Below, in pieces: positions 63,555 through 64,000 of a DNA stretch of 64,000 nt. Every line of letters begins with the position of its first letter. The stretch's first letter is position 1. The stretch is from positions 1,612,001 through 1,676,000 of the forward strand of contig NW_027361863.1 in assembly GCF_039654945.1 (NCBI RefSeq). The letters run 5' to 3'. The position numbers were made by a program, and so were the translations under genes. The notes beneath the pieces were generated by a model. It did no database searches and had not been told where the DNA came from. It saw only the letters and a program-made list of their open reading frames with translations. Origin of the DNA: Dendrobates tinctorius (lineage: Eukaryota).

Positions 63555-64000
63555 CGATATTTATCAAAATATGGCTGGACGGAGCCCGTCACGTGGGAAG
63601 AGTCGATAACGAAGGATAACGAATACCTGCAAACCATTCGTCCAACCCAAGAAGCAGCAGCAAATTCGGAGCAAAGGCCACCAGAGGCGAGAAAAAGTTC
63701 TTACTTCACTGAAGTGCTGAAAAAGTTTCAAAAGCTGAATAACTTACCAGTAACTGGAAGATTGGACGATGCCACCATTAATGCCATGAACAAGCCAAGA
63801 TGTGGGGTGCCTGATAATCAGGTCCTGAAAAATAGCCAGGAAAAGCCAAATTTGACCGAAACTGTGAACAAAATCAACTCTACGAAGAACATCACAAAAC
63901 AGGATGAGGGGACCCCAAAAAAACGTTCCAAGAGGTTCCTGGACCAGTTAATGTTCTCGGATAAGTATCGGAAAGAACAGGAAGCGTCTCAGAATGCGGG
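63555..64000 (+). CDS. MMP21: MMP21 exon 2 (partial, runs off the window): propeptide with cysteine switch and furin site
   Basis: ttttag|RYLSKYGWTEPVTW...KKFQKLNNLPVTGRLDDATINAMNKPRCGVPD...KKRSKRFL; open to the end of the window. Confidence 0.95.

Overview
Eukaryotic, repeat-rich vertebrate genomic DNA, most likely an anuran (frog), judged from protein similarity to amphibian sequences as I recall them and from the abundance of TTAA/TAA-target MITEs, CR1, L1 and a V-SINE. It holds the conserved BCCIP-UROS-MMP21 block. BCCIP exons 1-2 are on the - strand and the gene continues off the left edge. UROS is head-to-head on the + strand with a complete 9-exon CDS (22240-52474, 260 aa). MMP21 exon 1 and part of exon 2 (cysteine switch PRCGVPD, furin site RSKR) are on the + strand at the right edge. 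Most other ORF-track entries are artefacts of tandem repeats or transposon remnants. I found no convincing wholly new gene system. The most notable structures are: (i) two G-skewed minisatellites flanking the shared BCCIP/UROS promoter, one with RFX half-sites and donor-like motifs, the other open in all six frames; (ii) a Helitron carrying four copies of its 3' terminator module; (iii) a Tc1 element hosting three nested insertions; (iv) an L1 with TSD about 480 bp upstream of the MMP21 TATA box; (v) an apparent one-codon intron shift in UROS; (vi) RTE and Penelope-like remnants.
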